From a virus (Duplodnaviria > Caudoviricetes), in the IMG/VR virus record IMGVR_UViG_3300010396_000071, positions 1 to 39,108 of that record: a DNA stretch of 39,108 bases. One strand, given 5' to 3'. A model generated the notes under the pieces. It did not search any database. It saw only the letters and a list, made by a program, of their open reading frames with translations, and was not told the DNA's origin. A program made the translations under genes and the position numbers. Positions 35,432 to 39,108 of the stretch are shown piece after piece (the stretch's first letter is position 1; the number at the start of each line of letters is the position of its first letter).

Positions 35432-36316
35432 ATGGTTCTCTCAAATCTTCCTCGTCAGTATGTGGATGACCCGATCGACCGACAGACGAAGCCGTACGGG
35501 CTTTTTGACGTCATACCTCCTACGACGCCACCTGGAAGTCACTGGCTCGCTGGTGTTGAGTATCAGCCACTCTGTGGTGGTGGCGGCACGACAATTGACT
35601 TCTGCGTCACCGGTTCCGCGCCAGCGAGCAAGGTCGAAACCGGTGACCGAACGATGCGTGGTGCGCAGCCGTTTACCGTATACGCCGAGATCGACTGTTC
35701 ACCGCAGGCAGATGTCTGGGACACGCAGATCGCACGTGTCACTCGTATGCTTATGGAGAATGAGCAGTTTATCGCCGAGAAGGCGCTCTGGGACGGTAGG
35801 GCTGCGAATCTTGACATCGTTTACCCACACCTCGCGGCGAACACGGCGGTCGTCGACACTCGCAACGCGTTTGCGGTGACACTACAGACCGCGGCGGTGC
35901 AGGTCTCTGGTTCGAACCCAGCCGCTCCGGCGCGTGCGCTTGGTCTGCTCGAGCAGGCGGGCTACCAGTGCTACACCGCGGGTATGGGTCTTATTCACGC
36001 GCCGCTCATCGCGATACCGTCACTCGTGAACCAAGGTATGCTTTACCGTGATGGTTCACAGCTTCGCACAATTAATGGCAGCACGATCGTAGCGGGCGCC
36101 GGTTACCAGAACACGGGTCCGGACGGAACCGCCGCACCGCCGAACACCGCGTGGCTCTACTTCACGGGACAGATGTTCATTTATCGAGGTGCGATCCGAA
36201 CGTTCCAGCGTGAAGAGTCGCTGGATCGGAACGTGAACACATTGAAGGCGATCGCTGAGCGAACTTACGTCATGGGTTGGGACTGCTGTCACTTCGCGGT
36301 TCTGGTCAGTATCTAG
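35432..36316 (+). CDS. Major capsid pentamer protein
   Basis: YGLF, HWLAGVEYQP, PFTVY, EKALW, G.IHAP, AGAGY, AERTY; follows the hexamer gene. Confidence 0.75.
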   Translation: MVLSNLPRQYVDDPIDRQTKPYGLFDVIPPTTPPGSHWLAGVEYQPLCGGGGTTIDFCVTGSAPASKVETGDRTMRGAQPFTVYAEIDCSPQADVWDTQIARVTRMLMENEQFIAEKALWDGRAANLDIVYPHLAANTAVVDTRNAFAVTLQTAAVQVSGSNPAAPARALGLLEQAGYQCYTAGMGLIHAPLIAIPSLVNQGMLYRDGSQLRTINGSTIVAGAGYQNTGPDGTAAPPNTAWLYFTGQMFIYRGAIRTFQREESLDRNVNTLKAIAERTYVMGWDCCHFAVLVSI

Positions 36317-36330
36317 GTGAGGGTTGAGAG

Positions 36331-37005
36331 ATGGCTGATCGCCAGGTAGCGCCGATCAAGGCGAGGGTAATTCGTCTTGTGAAGCTCGACACGTGTGGCA
36401 ACCCGGTCACCGGATCGTCCAGCGCGATGCTCGTAATGAAGGGTTTCACGCAGGTTCAGGTCTCGCCTGACTATGAAGAGGGCGAGGAGTTCCTCACCAA
36501 GCTTGCTGACGGTAGCGCGTGTGTGAACCAGAAGGACGCGGCGTTCCTAAAGCGGATGGGCATCGAGGCACACTTCTGCATCTTGAGTCCTGACGCGGTG
36601 AGCATCATGACCGGTGAGACTGAGATCTTTACGGGCTCCGGCACGGTTACCGGCACGGGCATGATGTTCGGTACCGATCCACTCACCGCGCGATTCTCAC
36701 TGGAGTTGTGGCAGCCGGTCTCTGGTCTCGGTGCGTGTGACGCAAGTGGGTTGCCGCAGTACGTCTACTGGGCGTGGCCGAACGTGACGAACACGAAGCT
36801 GAATGACTTCACGTTCGAGAACGGTGTGTTTGACTTCGTCATTGCCGGTGAGTCAGATGGCGCCGGTCTCTTGTGGGGCGATGGGCCAGGTGCGACGTCG
36901 TGGCTACCCGCTGGAGTTACCGTGCCGCAGGGTAAGCATGCCCTCTTCAACGTCACAACGACCACACCTCCTGCGATTACCGCGGGAGCGGTAACGCTCA
37001 CGTAG
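36331..37005 (+). CDS. Major tail protein
   Basis: RLVKLDTCGNP, EEGEE...ADG..CV, FSLELW, YWAWP, FENG, WGDGP. Confidence 0.8.
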   Translation: MADRQVAPIKARVIRLVKLDTCGNPVTGSSSAMLVMKGFTQVQVSPDYEEGEEFLTKLADGSACVNQKDAAFLKRMGIEAHFCILSPDAVSIMTGETEIFTGSGTVTGTGMMFGTDPLTARFSLELWQPVSGLGACDASGLPQYVYWAWPNVTNTKLNDFTFENGVFDFVIAGESDGAGLLWGDGPGATSWLPAGVTVPQGKHALFNVTTTTPPAITAGAVTLT

Positions 37006-37021
37006 TCCTAGGAGGGGTGAG

Positions 37022-37825
37022 TTGGTTCTTCAAACTGGACCGTGTACCCCCTGGGACGCTATCTGGCCGCAGTCTTGCGACTTGAGTACCGCCACACCGG
37101 CGACTACCGGCTACGCGCTCCAGGCAGCCACAGAGGTACTCTGGTCGCTCTCTGGTCAACGTTTTGGGCTTTGTACGGTTACTCTACGGCCGTGTCGGCG
37201 TGAGTGCTCAGAGGTGCCCTGGCCGGGTGGTCAGTGGCCTGCGACGTGGCCAGGGCAGACGTATCCGTTACCTGTGTGGATAAACGGAGAGTGGCTCAAT
37301 CTCACGTGTGGCGTATGTCTTCAAGGCTGCTCATGTGCGACGATTTCCGAGGCCGTGCTTCCCGCGCCGGTGTATGACATCATACAGGTGAAGCTTGACG
37401 GTTCGCCGATGGTGACGGGTTCATACCGCGTTGATGACTATCGACTGCTCGTTCGCACCGATGGTGACACGTGGCCAACGTGTAACAACTTGGCACTCGC
37501 AGACACAGAGGTGGGAACGTGGTCCGTTACCGCACGATTTGGTGAGGTACCTACGACGCTCGCGAGTATCGCGGTTGGAGAACTCGCGTGTGAGTTCACC
37601 AAGGCTCTCACAGGTGCGGAGTGTCAGCTTCCCTACACCGTTACGTCACTCGTACGACAAGGTGTCTCACTTACGTTCGACAACCCAAGTGAAGAACTAA
37701 AGAACGGGTTTACCGGTCTGAGGTTCGTTGACATGTTCATTAACACGTACAACCCAGGCGGTCTCAGGTCACGCTCACGTGTCTACGACATCGACGGTCC
37801 TGGGTTCCGACTCACAGGAACGTAA
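37022..37825 (+). CDS. Head-to-tail adaptor
   Basis: AATEVLWSLSGQRFGLC, RPC, RTDG..WP, LACE, RQGVS, TGL..VD, YNP. Confidence 0.8.
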   Translation: MVLQTGPCTPWDAIWPQSCDLSTATPATTGYALQAATEVLWSLSGQRFGLCTVTLRPCRRECSEVPWPGGQWPATWPGQTYPLPVWINGEWLNLTCGVCLQGCSCATISEAVLPAPVYDIIQVKLDGSPMVTGSYRVDDYRLLVRTDGDTWPTCNNLALADTEVGTWSVTARFGEVPTTLASIAVGELACEFTKALTGAECQLPYTVTSLVRQGVSLTFDNPSEELKNGFTGLRFVDMFINTYNPGGLRSRSRVYDIDGPGFRLTGT

Positions 37826-37837
37826 GCGAGGGAACCT

Positions 37838-38512
37838 ATGCCGTTTAATGACGCGTCTAAGAACGTAATGCTCGACGCACTGGATGAATCGGCGACGCAG
37901 ATCACGCACGTTGGCGTGAACACGCTCGTAACCGCGCCGCCAACCGACACCACACCTGGTACCGGAACGAACGCTGCCGCTACCGAAGCGACAGGCGGTA
38001 CGCCGGCCTACGCGCGGCAAGCTGTTACGTGGGCTGCAGCGGCGTCAGGTATTAAGCAGAATTCCGGTGCGTTGACGTTTGACGTTCCCGCTGGAACGTA
38101 TGGGTTTTTCACGTACTGGAATGCGAGTACGGGCAACACTAACAACTTCCGAGGTTACGCGCCGTTCGGTGGTGCCGCCGCGATCAAGGGTTTCGGCACG
38201 GTCGATTCAGCGGATGTCACCGCGAATACGATCACGTCGAACGCACATGGTCTCGTAAACACTGACCGAGTGATCCTGTTTAATGTGTTTGCCGAGTCGA
38301 TTCCGGCGGGTATTACCGAGGGTGCGGCGTATTTCGTCGTAGGTGCTACGACCGACACGTTCCAAATCTCGCTTACTTCGGGTGGTGCCGCGGTCGACAT
38401 CACAGGACAAGGTGAGGTATTCTTCCAGAAGGTGATTCCCGAAGTTTTCGGTGCGCAGGGTCAAATCACCGTAGCGGCCAACGCACTCACTCTCGATGCG
38501 ACGGCGATGTGA
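37838..38512 (+). CDS. Virion structural protein (tail-fiber/decoration-like)
   Basis: EATGGTPAYARQAVTWAAA, FDVPAG; inserted NAHGL..DRV...YFV..T.DTFQIS beta-barrel module. Confidence 0.7.
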   Translation: MPFNDASKNVMLDALDESATQITHVGVNTLVTAPPTDTTPGTGTNAAATEATGGTPAYARQAVTWAAAASGIKQNSGALTFDVPAGTYGFFTYWNASTGNTNNFRGYAPFGGAAAIKGFGTVDSADVTANTITSNAHGLVNTDRVILFNVFAESIPAGITEGAAYFVVGATTDTFQISLTSGGAAVDITGQGEVFFQKVIPEVFGAQGQITVAANALTLDATAM

Positions 38513-38521
38513 GGTGATCAT

Positions 38522-39091
38522 ATGAGTATGAAGATTGTTACGCCACTTTCACCGATTCACGTCGTCGATGGCGCGCCATTTGCGTCATTCACCACATTCC
38601 AGGACATTAGTCCGTCACCACAGCTTGTCATTCCACAGCAGTGGATGGAAGTTGGACTTGATATCGACCTCGAGGCGTGGGGTGAATTCAGCAACACTGG
38701 CACACCAACACTGGCACTCGGCTTCTGGTTCAACGGCGCGGCTGGTGCGGCACCTACTTCGATCCTGGCACAGAACGCTCTCACCACTACGGTGACAGGT
38801 GCGACGGCTTGGCCGTGGCGTGCTCGCTACACCGGCACTCTTCGTGCGGTTGCGAGTGGTGCGTCAGGTGGTTCGTGGAACGGGCAGGGCGAGGTGATGG
38901 TGGGTGGCTCATTAACCGCGTGGGCTAGCGGATTTCCCGCACCGATTCCGACCACCGCCGCCGCTCGCACCGTTACCTGTGATGTCACGGCCGCACGTGC
39001 GATCGGCGTAGGTGCGGCGTGGGGTACCTCGAGCGCGTCGAACACGATCAAGGTGAACGGGCTTCGGTGTAAGATTAATACGGGGCCGTGA
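38522..39091 (+). CDS. Putative virion structural protein
   Basis: GAGG RBS; Ala/Thr/Gly-rich beta-type sequence in the late operon. Confidence 0.7.
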   Translation: MSMKIVTPLSPIHVVDGAPFASFTTFQDISPSPQLVIPQQWMEVGLDIDLEAWGEFSNTGTPTLALGFWFNGAAGAAPTSILAQNALTTTVTGATAWPWRARYTGTLRAVASGASGGSWNGQGEVMVGGSLTAWASGFPAPIPTTAAARTVTCDVTAARAIGVGAAWGTSSASNTIKVNGLRCKINTGP

Positions 39092-39108
39092 TTCCGGGCC
39101 GCACGCAT

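Noticed and set aside
39088-39108. Start of the next gene (GTGA overlap)
   Set aside because: Only 7 codons are visible, too few to support a call.

Overview
The window is part of a tailed dsDNA phage genome, most likely an actinobacteriophage: it is GC-rich, has leaderless starts, and carries a head module resembling mycobacteriophage cluster B, with separate hexamer and pentamer capsid proteins. A leftward arm (1-12913) encodes replication, recombination and nucleotide-metabolism genes: DUF669 SSB-like protein, Sak4-like ATPase, Cas4-like exonuclease, SNF2 helicase, RuvC, family A DNA polymerase, dCMP deaminase, a thymidylate-synthase homolog with the dCMP-type Asp, and a dNMP kinase fused to a UDG-like domain. 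The arm also holds an atypical tRNA-like RNA and a STELLO/RGP(GT75)-like glycosyltransferase that the ORF track missed because it runs off the left edge. A divergent control region precedes the rightward arm: RHH regulator, prim-pol, D5/P4-type helicase, a repeat-rich putative origin, small and large terminase, accessory membrane genes, a structured RNA region with an unusual tRNA-Met, portal, a 1610-aa ART-kinase-ART protein, a 965-aa 2H-phosphoesterase/prohead-protease fusion, two capsid proteins, major tail protein and adaptor. There are two main candidates for novel systems. (1) Virion-packaged anti-host effector polyproteins whose domains are separated by a recurring (L/I/V)(T/V)A(A/S/D/G/C) motif that also occurs in portal and capsid. 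(2) A putative cytosine modification/glycosylation pathway, or alternatively a 5mdCMP route to dTMP. All family assignments come from motif recognition by eye, not from database searches.
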